Shown: positions 1 to 7,674, counted from the stretch's first letter. The stretch is 15,279 nucleotides of DNA from Candidatus Fraserbacteria bacterium (GCA_037442925.1 JBBIPG010000056.1:1-15279), one strand, 5' to 3'. The notes: generated by a model from the sequence alone, not told the origin. Numbers and translations are program-made.

Positions 1-25
1 CTTACCTTACCTTACCTTACCTTAC
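1..25 (+). repeat. (CTTAC)x5 tandem pentamer repeat, truncated by the window edge, followed by CGGT
   Basis: Directly visible: cttac x5 (1-25), then cggt (26-29). Identical to the last 29 nt of the window. Confidence 0.97.
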
Positions 26-49
26 CGGTGGACTTGACGTCCGCAAAAG

Positions 50-57
50 AAGGAGGT
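50..57 (+). promoter_or_regulatory. Strong Shine-Dalgarno (AAGGAGGT) for the CDS at 65
   Basis: AAGGAGGT at 50-57, 7 nt before ATG 65. Confidence 0.85.
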
Positions 58-64
58 AAAAGCA

Positions 65-856
65 ATGTGTTGCGGCAAGGAATCATACGAAGAGGTCAAG
101 GAAGGTCGGGGAGGACTCACGCGCAGAAAGGTGCTGCGGGCAATGGGAGTCGGGACCGGGTTGGTAGCGCTGGGCGGGTTGACGGGGTGTACACAGTTTC
201 TGGATTTGAGTGAAACCGACTCCTTTCAGAATTCAAGTGAAGACCTTCATTCCGCTGCCTTACAGGCAACCTCGAAGATCAGTCCAAAATTGAAGGCTAC
301 TCTCAAGTCTTTAATTAGGCAGTTCAACCAGAAGAGGGGACTAGTTCCACGCGAATGGGTGGCATCATTTGTGCAGAGTGGAACAGAATTGGTCAACGAA
401 ATGGAGCGGGTCGGGTTGGTCGAGGTTCTACAACAATCCGTCAAGCCCAAGGATATCCTGTCTTATCGAGGACCAGAGCCTTCTTTGGTCCAGTATCTGG
501 TACAAGAGTTGTGGTTTGATGAGAACGTTGTAGATCATTGGTTGTCTATGGCTCCCAGACTGCTAATGCAAGTAGCTCGCAAGCTGGAAGAAGTCTCTCT
601 TAAAGAGGTCTTCAAGGAGATGGCCGCTTCCCTCAGAGAATTAGTAACATCCATCTCCAGCAACGGGAATGTTGCAGCTCAATGGCATTGCCCCGATTGC
701 GTATCGGGAGCCCTAGCCCTGAATGGGGTGATGCTGTACGAATTCGAAAACGATTTGTTTCCATTGGTCACAATCATTGTGGGAATAGGCTTTATTCTCG
801 AGTGCAGCACGACTGCCGAGTGGCTTAGGGATCCGATTGGTTGCCGCCAATCATGA
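65..856 (+). CDS. Twin-arginine (Tat) exported lipoprotein of unknown function with a Cys-containing hydrophobic C-terminal region
   Basis: 263-aa ORF with a strong SD. Tat motif LTRRKVL, hydrophobic h-region GVGTGLVALGG, lipobox LTG-C (Cys42). C-terminal 57 aa contain CPDC, two more Cys and hydrophobic stretches. Confidence 0.8.
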   Translation: MCCGKESYEEVKEGRGGLTRRKVLRAMGVGTGLVALGGLTGCTQFLDLSETDSFQNSSEDLHSAALQATSKISPKLKATLKSLIRQFNQKRGLVPREWVASFVQSGTELVNEMERVGLVEVLQQSVKPKDILSYRGPEPSLVQYLVQELWFDENVVDHWLSMAPRLLMQVARKLEEVSLKEVFKEMAASLRELVTSISSNGNVAAQWHCPDCVSGALALNGVMLYEFENDLFPLVTIIVGIGFILECSTTAEWLRDPIGCRQS

Positions 857-1350
857 TCGTTGATATGAAAATAAAGGTACTTGTCCTCTTGAGTTGCGTG
901 GTCTTGATCATCACAGCATTTCCTGTTGCAGCGCACGCACAGAGGCAACCTAGCCATATGCTGTTGCAATTCCTTGCCGGTAGCCTGATGGGGATCATTA
1001 GCGGTCCTGTCATGACTTATCTGGGAGTTTGGCCTATCCCGCATGACCTCCAGGAATGGTGTAGTAGTGGCTTTCTCCGGAGCGCTGGACGTCTTGCGGA
1101 TGCATACGTCGCGATAACCGCAGTGACGGCAGCCGCTGGAGTGCTCGTCTTTAGCAAGCTCACCGGGATGAGAGGGAACGAGCTGGGATTGCTGGTGGGG
1201 GCGATAGTGAGCGCCGTGAGTGGAGGCGCTTTGCCATGCGCAGGCTTGCAACTTGTGCAAGACCCTAGTCAAGCACCACCTCTTCACATCATCCTACCAC
1301 CATTGCTTGCTGCCATGAATGCCACAGTGGGGTATAATAGCTATCCTTAG
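853..1350 (+). CDS. Hypothetical membrane protein (signal peptide plus ~3-4 TM helices)
   Basis: ATG 853 overlaps the upstream TGA (ATGA 853-856); alternative ATG at 865. MKIKVLVLLSCVVLIITAFPVAAHA resembles a Sec signal with an AHA cleavage site, followed by Gly/Ala-rich hydrophobic segments. Confidence 0.7.
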   Translation: MIVDMKIKVLVLLSCVVLIITAFPVAAHAQRQPSHMLLQFLAGSLMGIISGPVMTYLGVWPIPHDLQEWCSSGFLRSAGRLADAYVAITAVTAAAGVLVFSKLTGMRGNELGLLVGAIVSAVSGGALPCAGLQLVQDPSQAPPLHIILPPLLAAMNATVGYNSYP

Positions 1351-1378
1351 CCGATTTTGATGATTTGAGTTCACTGCA

Positions 1379-2077
1379 TTACGCTTCTAAACCCCTTTTC
1401 AGTATCGCCTCTGCCAGCTTAAGATCCCAGGGTGTCGTGATCTTGATGTTCTGAGCTTCACCTGGAACGATCTTGGCTCGGACACCGCTCATCGCTGACA
1501 CCGCTCCCGCCTCATCTGTGAAATAGCGCCCTTGCTTGTGAGCTTCGTCCAGTGCATATCCAAGCAGATCACGCTCAAAGCACTGCGGCGTCTGGGCAAG
1601 ATACAGCATTTCGCGATCCACTTCACCCACGGCAAATCCCTTGCTATCAATAGATTTGACTGTTTCATGAACACGTAGCGCAGGGACTGCCGCCCGATAC
1701 GCGCGGGCTGCGTCAAAGACGGCCTTCAATAATTCCAGCGAGAAGAGCGGCCGAGCGCCGTCATGCACGGCAACCCACTTCGAGCGAACCGCTCGCACCC
1801 CGGCATGAGACGAATCTTGGCGATGTTCTCCCCCCAGCGTCACTTGGATCTTCTTCTCAAATGAAAAAGCATCTAAGATTTTTCTTAGAAGAGGGCGATC
1901 TTCGGGATGAATCACAACGGCGATCTCTGAAATGTATGAGCAGCTAGAAAGTTTGTCGAGGGAATACCAGAGGATGGGTTTACCACAAAGCGGCAGATAC
2001 GCCTTGGGGATGGACGCCCCCATGCGCTCTCCCCTGCCCGCTGCCAGCACGACCACGCCCAGGGTCTCTGGTTTCAT
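1379..2077 (-). CDS. ispD: 2-C-methyl-D-erythritol 4-phosphate cytidylyltransferase
   Basis: Motifs LAAGRGERMG, PKAYL, RQDS, VHDGARP, QTPQCF, TDE, NIKITTPWDL. Start set at ATG 2077 (MKPETLGVVVLAAG). Lies downstream of a PIN/TRAM gene, as in the common yacL-ispD arrangement. Confidence 0.92.
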   Translation of the reverse strand: MKPETLGVVVLAAGRGERMGASIPKAYLPLCGKPILWYSLDKLSSCSYISEIAVVIHPEDRPLLRKILDAFSFEKKIQVTLGGEHRQDSSHAGVRAVRSKWVAVHDGARPLFSLELLKAVFDAARAYRAAVPALRVHETVKSIDSKGFAVGEVDREMLYLAQTPQCFERDLLGYALDEAHKQGRYFTDEAGAVSAMSGVRAKIVPGEAQNIKITTPWDLKLAEAILKRGLEA

Positions 2078-2132
2078 AGCCCTGTTGTAGCGTGCTAGGG
2101 CTTGTAAAACAAGCAGGGTTTCTCGTCGCAGG

Positions 2133-2222
2133 TCAGAGGACAACTATCAAGAAGCCCACGATGACTGTGAGTAGCTCCAGTCCTACAACCCACGGGAGCC
2201 ACCGTCGCCGACTGAGCGCCAT
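2133..2222 (-). CDS. Putative 29-aa single-pass membrane microprotein (MALSRRRWLPWVVGLELLTVIVGFLIVVL)
   Basis: ATG 2222 with AAGGAG SD 9 nt upstream (2232-2237). Basic N-terminus followed by one hydrophobic helix. Co-oriented between PIN/TRAM and ispD. Confidence 0.6.
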   Translation of the reverse strand: MALSRRRWLPWVVGLELLTVIVGFLIVVL

Positions 2223-2368
2223 GTCTTCCCACTCCTTCCGGGCATGAAGATGCGAGATACGCTCCCGGCAGATAGGGTAATTGCTTCTAGTGGCGTTGAG
2301 GGTGAGCTGTGAACATGGCGTAGATCGTTTTTGCACTCTCCCGAAGGGACATCTGACCTACGGGGGGA

Positions 2369-3430
2369 TCACTCGTCCCCACGACCGTCGGTCTCGCTCT
2401 TGGGGCGGACGAAGAGCATCTTCCCCGCTTCCGTTTGTAATGAGCTCGAGACAATGGCTCGGATCTTCTTGCCGATGAAGCGGCGACCGTTCTCGACCAC
2501 CACCATTGTGCCGTCGTCGAGATAGCCAACGCCTTGCCCAATCTCCTCTCCGCGATCGATCACCTCGACCTCCAGCTCCTCGCCAGGGATGAAGCGCGGC
2601 TTGATCGCATTGGCCAGCTCGTTGATGTTGAGTACTTCAATCCCTTCGACTTTGGCAACTTTGTTGAGATTGAAGTCGGTCGTGATGATCTTGGCACCCA
2701 GCTCCTTGGCCAGCAGGATCAACTTGCGGTCCACACCTTGGATCCCTGGGTAATCGCGGTTGATGATCTCGGCATGAATCCCCGGATGCTCGCGTAGCTC
2801 CCCCAAGATATCCAACCCACGACGTCCCTTCCGCCGCCTCAAGCTGTCGGAAGAATCGGCAATGCCGTGCAGCTCATCCAGTACAAACTGCGGGATGAGG
2901 ATTCCATCCTCAATGAAGCCGGTCTTGACCAGATCGCCAATGCGGCCGTCGATGATCACACTGGTATCGATGAGTTTGGGGGATTGACGTGGCCCCGCAG
3001 GTGGTTCCCCGCTGATGAGCGCCAGGAATAGATTCTCTTTACGGTATCCAATCCGGAATCCCAAGAACGTCAAGAAGAAGACGAGCCCCGCTTGCGCCAG
3101 CTGGAGCCAGCTGCTGGGGTTGAAGAGCAACTGCAAGATGGCGTAGCCCAGCAGCCCAAAGAGCGCTCCGACTAGGCCAACCAGTCCACCGTTGAGGAGT
3201 GCGACACCTTCACCGGCGGCCGCTCTCTGCGTGGCAAACGTGTAGATGCCGTGCATGAGCCCCGCCACCAAAACTCCTCCCAGGGCCCCCACAAGGAGAT
3301 TGAGCCACAGAGGATGAACCCATTGACCATCGGCGCGCCAGCTCACGGCTCCTTGTCCGGCCGTAACGAGAGCCCCCAGACCGGTCATCCCCAGATAAAA
3401 GAGGATTTTCCAGAAGACATTACGCAACAA
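2369..3430 (-). CDS. yacL: Membrane-anchored PIN/TRAM domain protein (YacL/Rae1-neighbourhood type, putative RNase)
   Basis: About four N-terminal TM helices. PIN motifs KLIDTSVIIDGRI, ELHGIADS, RGLDIL, VDRKL, TTDFNLNKVA. C-terminal TRAM motif GQGVGYLDDGTMVVVE. TTG start. Confidence 0.9.
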   Translation of the reverse strand: MLRNVFWKILFYLGMTGLGALVTAGQGAVSWRADGQWVHPLWLNLLVGALGGVLVAGLMHGIYTFATQRAAAGEGVALLNGGLVGLVGALFGLLGYAILQLLFNPSSWLQLAQAGLVFFLTFLGFRIGYRKENLFLALISGEPPAGPRQSPKLIDTSVIIDGRIGDLVKTGFIEDGILIPQFVLDELHGIADSSDSLRRRKGRRGLDILGELREHPGIHAEIINRDYPGIQGVDRKLILLAKELGAKIITTDFNLNKVAKVEGIEVLNINELANAIKPRFIPGEELEVEVIDRGEEIGQGVGYLDDGTMVVVENGRRFIGKKIRAIVSSSLQTEAGKMLFVRPKSETDGRGDE

Positions 3431-3455
3431 GATTTCTCACTTTCTCTAGCTTTTT

Positions 3456-3484
3456 ATGATAACTAACTCTTGACGCCTTGACAA
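3456..3484 (-). promoter_or_regulatory. Putative sigma70 promoter for yacL-microprotein-ispD
   Basis: On the minus strand: TTGTCA (3484-3479), 17-nt spacer, TATCAT (3461-3456). Confidence 0.6.
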
Positions 3485-3499
3485 TGACTTTGCTAACTT
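3470..3499 (+). promoter_or_regulatory. Putative sigma70 promoter for prmC-ftsEX
   Basis: TTGACG (3470-3475), 18 nt, TAACTT (3494-3499) with extended TG. A second TTGACA lies at 3478-3483. GGGAGG SD at 3506-3511. Confidence 0.45.
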
Positions 3500-3521
3500 A
3501 CATAAGGGAGGTTTGAGAAGG

Positions 3522-4409
3522 ATGGCCAGGGCGAAGACCGACGTCCCAGAATGGACTGTCCGCCGCGTCCTCGACTGGACGGCAGGATATCTACGCCGTG
3601 CCAAGGTGCAGGCCGCCCGGTTCGAGGCGGAAGTGCTCCTCGCTCATGCCTTAAGAACGGAACGCCTGGAGCTCTACCTCCATCCGGAGCGCGTTCTTCG
3701 CCCACAAGAGCGTACCCGCTTTCGAGAGCTGGTGCGACAGCGCCATGCCGGAACTCCCCTCGCGTATCTTGTGGGCACCGTGGAATTCATGAATGTCACC
3801 CTCAAAGTGAACGGCTCCACGCTCATCCCACGCGTGGAAACAGAAGAGCTGGTCGAACGGGTACTGCGAGATCTCGGCACAGCCCCTGAGCCGAAGGATC
3901 TAAAGCTGCTGGATCTGGGCACAGGCTCGGGAGCCATCGCCATCGCCATCGCCAAGGAGTGGCCGCAGGCTCGCGCTCTGGCCGTAGATATCTCTGAGGA
4001 AGCCTTAGCGCTTGCTCGCGAGAATGCCCAACTCAACGGCGTGGCAGAGCGTGTGGTATTCGCCCATTCTGACTGGTTTTCGGTCGTTCAGGGACAATTC
4101 CATCTGATCATCTCCAACCCTCCCTACATCCCCTCGGAAGACCTCAAGACGTTGTCCAGAGAAGTGACGGAGCATGAGCCTACGCGGGCACTCGACGGCG
4201 GCCCACGCGGCCTGCGGGAAATCCAACGCATCGTGCGCGAAGCCCCTCACTTCCTGCGTCCGGGAGGACGACTCTACCTTGAGATCGGCTCTCCCCAAGC
4301 TCAGGACGTATGCAAGCTCATCGAGGAGACATCCGCCTTCTCCCATCTGGAAGTTCAGCGCGATCTGGCTGGTAGAGACCGTTTTGTCCATGCGATTCGT
4401 AGATCGTAA
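3522..4409 (+). CDS. prmC: Peptide chain release factor N5-glutamine methyltransferase (HemK/PrmC)
   Basis: Motifs PLAYLVG, TLIPRVETEELV, LDLGTGSGAIA (SAM binding), ISNPPYI, EPTRALDGG, LEIG, RDLAGRDR. ATG 3522 follows GGGAGG. Confidence 0.95.
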   Translation: MARAKTDVPEWTVRRVLDWTAGYLRRAKVQAARFEAEVLLAHALRTERLELYLHPERVLRPQERTRFRELVRQRHAGTPLAYLVGTVEFMNVTLKVNGSTLIPRVETEELVERVLRDLGTAPEPKDLKLLDLGTGSGAIAIAIAKEWPQARALAVDISEEALALARENAQLNGVAERVVFAHSDWFSVVQGQFHLIISNPPYIPSEDLKTLSREVTEHEPTRALDGGPRGLREIQRIVREAPHFLRPGGRLYLEIGSPQAQDVCKLIEETSAFSHLEVQRDLAGRDRFVHAIRRS

Positions 4410-4433
4410 CGGCGAGTAGCAGTCGGAGGGTGC

Positions 4434-5138
4434 ATGGCCATCATCATCCAAATCTCCGAGCTGGAGGCGGTAGATCCGGAAGGCAAGAGGATCTTCACGG
4501 ATCTGCATTTCCGACTCCATCGGGGAGAGTGGGCCTGTATCACCGGTCCACCCGGAGCGGGCAAGACCCTGCTCTTGGGTTTCATCGTGGGAGAACTGCG
4601 TCCGCAGCGAGGGCAGATCCTCGTAGATGACCGCAACGTCCTGCGCATCCATCCAGCGAAGTTGCGGCAACTCCGTCGGCGCATAGGCATGTTCTTAGAA
4701 GCGATGGCCCCCCTAGAGCGCAGCACCCTCGAAGAGTATGTGGCCTTCAAGTTGCGCGCACTCGATCTATCTGTGGAGGAAGCCCGAACCAAAGCCCTGG
4801 ATACTCTGGAGTTGGTCGAGTTGATCGATCAAGCCAAACGACATCCTCCAGAACTCGACGCGGTCGGAGAGCGACTCTTCCGCTTGGGGTTGGCTCTCAG
4901 TCATGATCCGGTGTTGCTCCTGCTGGATGACCCTCTTCGTGGCCTTGAGCCCACGGGAGTAGAACGCTTCCTTACGGTGCTCGAGCAGGTACATCTACGC
5001 AAACGACTCAGCATTCTGCTCACGACCCGAGAGGCACCTTGGGCAGGGCGCTTCCCCCTACACCTCTACGCACTGGAGGGAGGCCAGCTTCAAGATCTTC
5101 ATCCAACGCCGATCACGGAGAGCGACATCTCGCCATGA
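4434..5138 (+). CDS. FtsE-like ABC ATP-binding protein with degenerate catalytic motifs
   Basis: Walker A GPPGAGKT and FtsE-like LRRRIGM. Signature, Walker B Glu and H-loop are altered. SD GGAGGG upstream. Coupled to an FtsX-like gene. Confidence 0.8.
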   Translation: MAIIIQISELEAVDPEGKRIFTDLHFRLHRGEWACITGPPGAGKTLLLGFIVGELRPQRGQILVDDRNVLRIHPAKLRQLRRRIGMFLEAMAPLERSTLEEYVAFKLRALDLSVEEARTKALDTLELVELIDQAKRHPPELDAVGERLFRLGLALSHDPVLLLLDDPLRGLEPTGVERFLTVLEQVHLRKRLSILLTTREAPWAGRFPLHLYALEGGQLQDLHPTPITESDISP

Positions 5139-6019
5139 CGAAAGAACTGTTTATATTTAAGGAACTGTTGCGCTCTCTGCCAGCGAGAACGTGGGTTCTT
5201 GCGCTCGTAATTGTCGTGGCCGTGGCGATCTTCTTGGGAGTGGTGGCACTCGTGTCGTTTCTGCTCCAGCCGGCGGCTCCGGGGATGGGCGCACGGCTGA
5301 TCGCTGTCCCGCGCGACGATCTCTCCCAATCGGATCTCAGCTCGCTCCATGAGCGGCTCTTGAGCGACCCGGAAGTCGTCCACGTGCGCTTCGTCTTCTC
5401 ATCCACAGCTACCAACCGCAGTACAGATGAGCAGCAGAGAACTCCAAGCCGCTTTGAGATCGTTCTGCGCTCGGATGCGGAGCTTGCCTCCGTGAGCGAG
5501 CGGCTCCGGGGATGGGGCGCATTCCGGCAGGTGGGTCCTCCGGGACCGGATTCCCTGGAAACGTGGAGAGACTGGCTTCAAAACCCAGAGACGCGCTGGT
5601 TCGCATTGGCAGGGTTTCTCTTGCTTCTGGCCATGACGTTGCTCGTCATCTACGGTGGGCTCATCGCCTCTCAACGCAACTTTGCAGGGGAGCTTGAACT
5701 CCTGGAGCTCTCTGGTGTATCCCCTCAGACCCTGCGGATCCCTTTTGTTCTCCTGGGGGCTCTCTATGGTCTGGCCGGAGCGCTCCTCGTGGGCTATCTT
5801 CTGGATGGTCTGCGAGCTCTTTTGGAGTTCTCTTCCCTCTGGCTGCCTGAGCCATGGGAACGGGACGTGATCGATCAACTCGGAGTTCGGGGCTTTCTCT
5901 TTGGTCTTGCCCTAAGCGGCGTGGCAGGAATCCTCGGATGGCTATCCGCTCAGAAGTATCCGAGTCCTTTCAAGCGTTCGCGGATCAGCTCTTCTTCTGC
6001 AGACGTCACAGAGGGCTGA
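5135..6019 (+). CDS. FtsX-like permease
   Basis: ATG 5135 overlaps the stop of the ftsE-like gene (ATGA). Topology is TM1, ~100-aa extracytoplasmic domain, then three TMs. ELELLELSGVSPQTLRIPFVLLG resembles the FtsX EIxIMxLVGAxxxFIxxPF motif. Confidence 0.78.
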   Translation: MTKELFIFKELLRSLPARTWVLALVIVVAVAIFLGVVALVSFLLQPAAPGMGARLIAVPRDDLSQSDLSSLHERLLSDPEVVHVRFVFSSTATNRSTDEQQRTPSRFEIVLRSDAELASVSERLRGWGAFRQVGPPGPDSLETWRDWLQNPETRWFALAGFLLLLAMTLLVIYGGLIASQRNFAGELELLELSGVSPQTLRIPFVLLGALYGLAGALLVGYLLDGLRALLEFSSLWLPEPWERDVIDQLGVRGFLFGLALSGVAGILGWLSAQKYPSPFKRSRISSSSADVTEG

Positions 6020-7617
6020 GAAAGGGCGACCGCACCTTGCGCAAGCCGATCGGTTCGATCTGCCTTACGCTCGGTGCCTGTCTTCCAACTCGTGCGTGAT
6101 CTTCGCCCGCTATCAAACAGCTCTTCCGCCACACGCCCATCGATATCTTGGGGCAGGGGCACTTCCAACAGCTCACAGATCGTAGGATAGAGATCGATGA
6201 GCTTGAGATTCTTTGCTGAACCTTGCCGGAGCGGCCCACCTGCCCCCACGAAGAGCCCTTCCTTTCGATGCCAGCCCGAATGAGCGACAGGGTGCGAGAT
6301 CATGTGGTTTGATAAGAACTCAGAAAGCCCCATCGGGGAATAGCCCTCCTCCGGCAGGAAGACCAGATCGGGCACCCCATCGAGCGCCCGCGGCGAATAG
6401 GCCTCTTCCTTGCGATAGACACACTGGACGACTCGCTCACCGTTCCCAGGGTTGACCCAAGCGAGCAACGCTTGCTCCAACTCACCGAGAACTCTATGGG
6501 CATCGGCTTCTGTCACGATTCCCTGGGGCTCGCGCCCGCGGCGGTTGAGATAGATCTGGCCGACGTTGCCGTACGAATACGCGTACGTCTTCCTCCAATC
6601 AATGTTGCGCATGGACAGAGAAAAGCGACTGAGCCACCGATAGGCCTGGTCGCCCCGCGCCCAACCGAGAAGCCGCAGACGTTCCTCCCACGGGTAGAGG
6701 TTCTCCGGGACGACCCCTGCTGCAAACATCAGACGCTTAAGCTGGGTGGGGAGATTCTTCTTGAGTTTCAAGAAACCCTGTCGCAGGAGCCATGTGTTCA
6801 TGTGCAGATTGTAGTAAAGCGGCCCAAACCCGTGATCGGAGATGACCCATACGATTGTGTTTTGATCGAAACTCTTCCGCAGTTGCCCCACGAGATCATC
6901 GGCCAATTGATAGATCTCGAGAATGGGGTTTCCCGCAAGCCTCACGCGATAACGGGGTCTTTCGACTCCATCGAGCTGGTGCCACATCTGATGTTGCACA
7001 GAATCTGTCTCCATCACGTGCACCATGAAGAAATCCCACGGGTAACGAGTAGCCAGGTGTTGAGCGGCTCTGGCCCGTGCCGATAGTGACGCATGGAGTG
7101 CCTTGAGCCAGCGCTCCGCTCGCGGCCATCCCAGCCAAGGAGGGGGCGCCACCGGATAAGGCCCTCCCAGCAGGCTCTCCAACTCGGCTTGTAACTCGGC
7201 TGGATACGCATAGTTCTTCCCAGGAGGAGTCAGAAGATCACTCACGAGAAACCCCCGAATCGGCCGCACGGGGTATGTTAGCGGAACTCCTACGGCTCCG
7301 ACGCGCAGGCCGTGAGTACTCAGCCATTCAAAGAGCGTGGGGCATGTAAGCGAAGACGAATCGATCAAGCCGAGTTGATACGTGCCCACACGTCTACTCA
7401 GCCACTCGAATATGCCGTGTCGGCCGGGAACCACACCCGTCAGAAAGGAGCCCCAGGCAGCACCGGTCACCGGAGGGATGACGCTAAGAAGAGTTCCGAA
7501 AGTCCCTCTTTCTATGAGTTCGGCCAGGTTGGGAAGATGTCCTTCGTCGGCCCAGCGTTTGACGAGATCGGGTGAGGCACCATCCAACGCGATAATGGCG
7601 AGTTTCGATCTGGCCAC
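5950..7617 (-). CDS. Alkaline phosphatase superfamily protein (type I phosphodiesterase/nucleotide pyrophosphatase-like)
   Basis: Motifs IIALDGA, PPVTGAAW (Thr nucleophile), PGRHGIF, ETDSVQHQMW, ISDHGF, GWHRKEG, C-terminal ERLKGLGY. GTG start with GAGGAGG SD (7626-7632). No signal peptide. Confidence 0.88.
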   Translation of the reverse strand: MARSKLAIIALDGASPDLVKRWADEGHLPNLAELIERGTFGTLLSVIPPVTGAAWGSFLTGVVPGRHGIFEWLSRRVGTYQLGLIDSSSLTCPTLFEWLSTHGLRVGAVGVPLTYPVRPIRGFLVSDLLTPPGKNYAYPAELQAELESLLGGPYPVAPPPWLGWPRAERWLKALHASLSARARAAQHLATRYPWDFFMVHVMETDSVQHQMWHQLDGVERPRYRVRLAGNPILEIYQLADDLVGQLRKSFDQNTIVWVISDHGFGPLYYNLHMNTWLLRQGFLKLKKNLPTQLKRLMFAAGVVPENLYPWEERLRLLGWARGDQAYRWLSRFSLSMRNIDWRKTYAYSYGNVGQIYLNRRGREPQGIVTEADAHRVLGELEQALLAWVNPGNGERVVQCVYRKEEAYSPRALDGVPDLVFLPEEGYSPMGLSEFLSNHMISHPVAHSGWHRKEGLFVGAGGPLRQGSAKNLKLIDLYPTICELLEVPLPQDIDGRVAEELFDSGRRSRTSWKTGTERKADRTDRLAQGAVALSQPSVTSAEEELIRERLKGLGYF

Positions 7618-7674
7618 AATGAAAACCTCCTCGTGCTATAAGAGCAGATTCAAGATGAAGTGCCACGGACTCTG

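Noticed and set aside
28..213. 61-aa alternative-frame ORF starting right after the repeat
   Set aside because: It has no SD, overlaps the well-supported Tat-lipoprotein gene, and shows no recognisable features.
2078..2102. AGCCCT...AGGGCT inverted repeat just before the ispD start
   Set aside because: It is only 6 bp with a 13-nt loop and has no U-tract, so it is too weak to call a terminator or operator.
2369..3430. PIN protein as a VapC toxin of a toxin-antitoxin pair
   Set aside because: The TM-PIN-TRAM architecture next to ispD is the conserved YacL type, and no antitoxin gene lies upstream.
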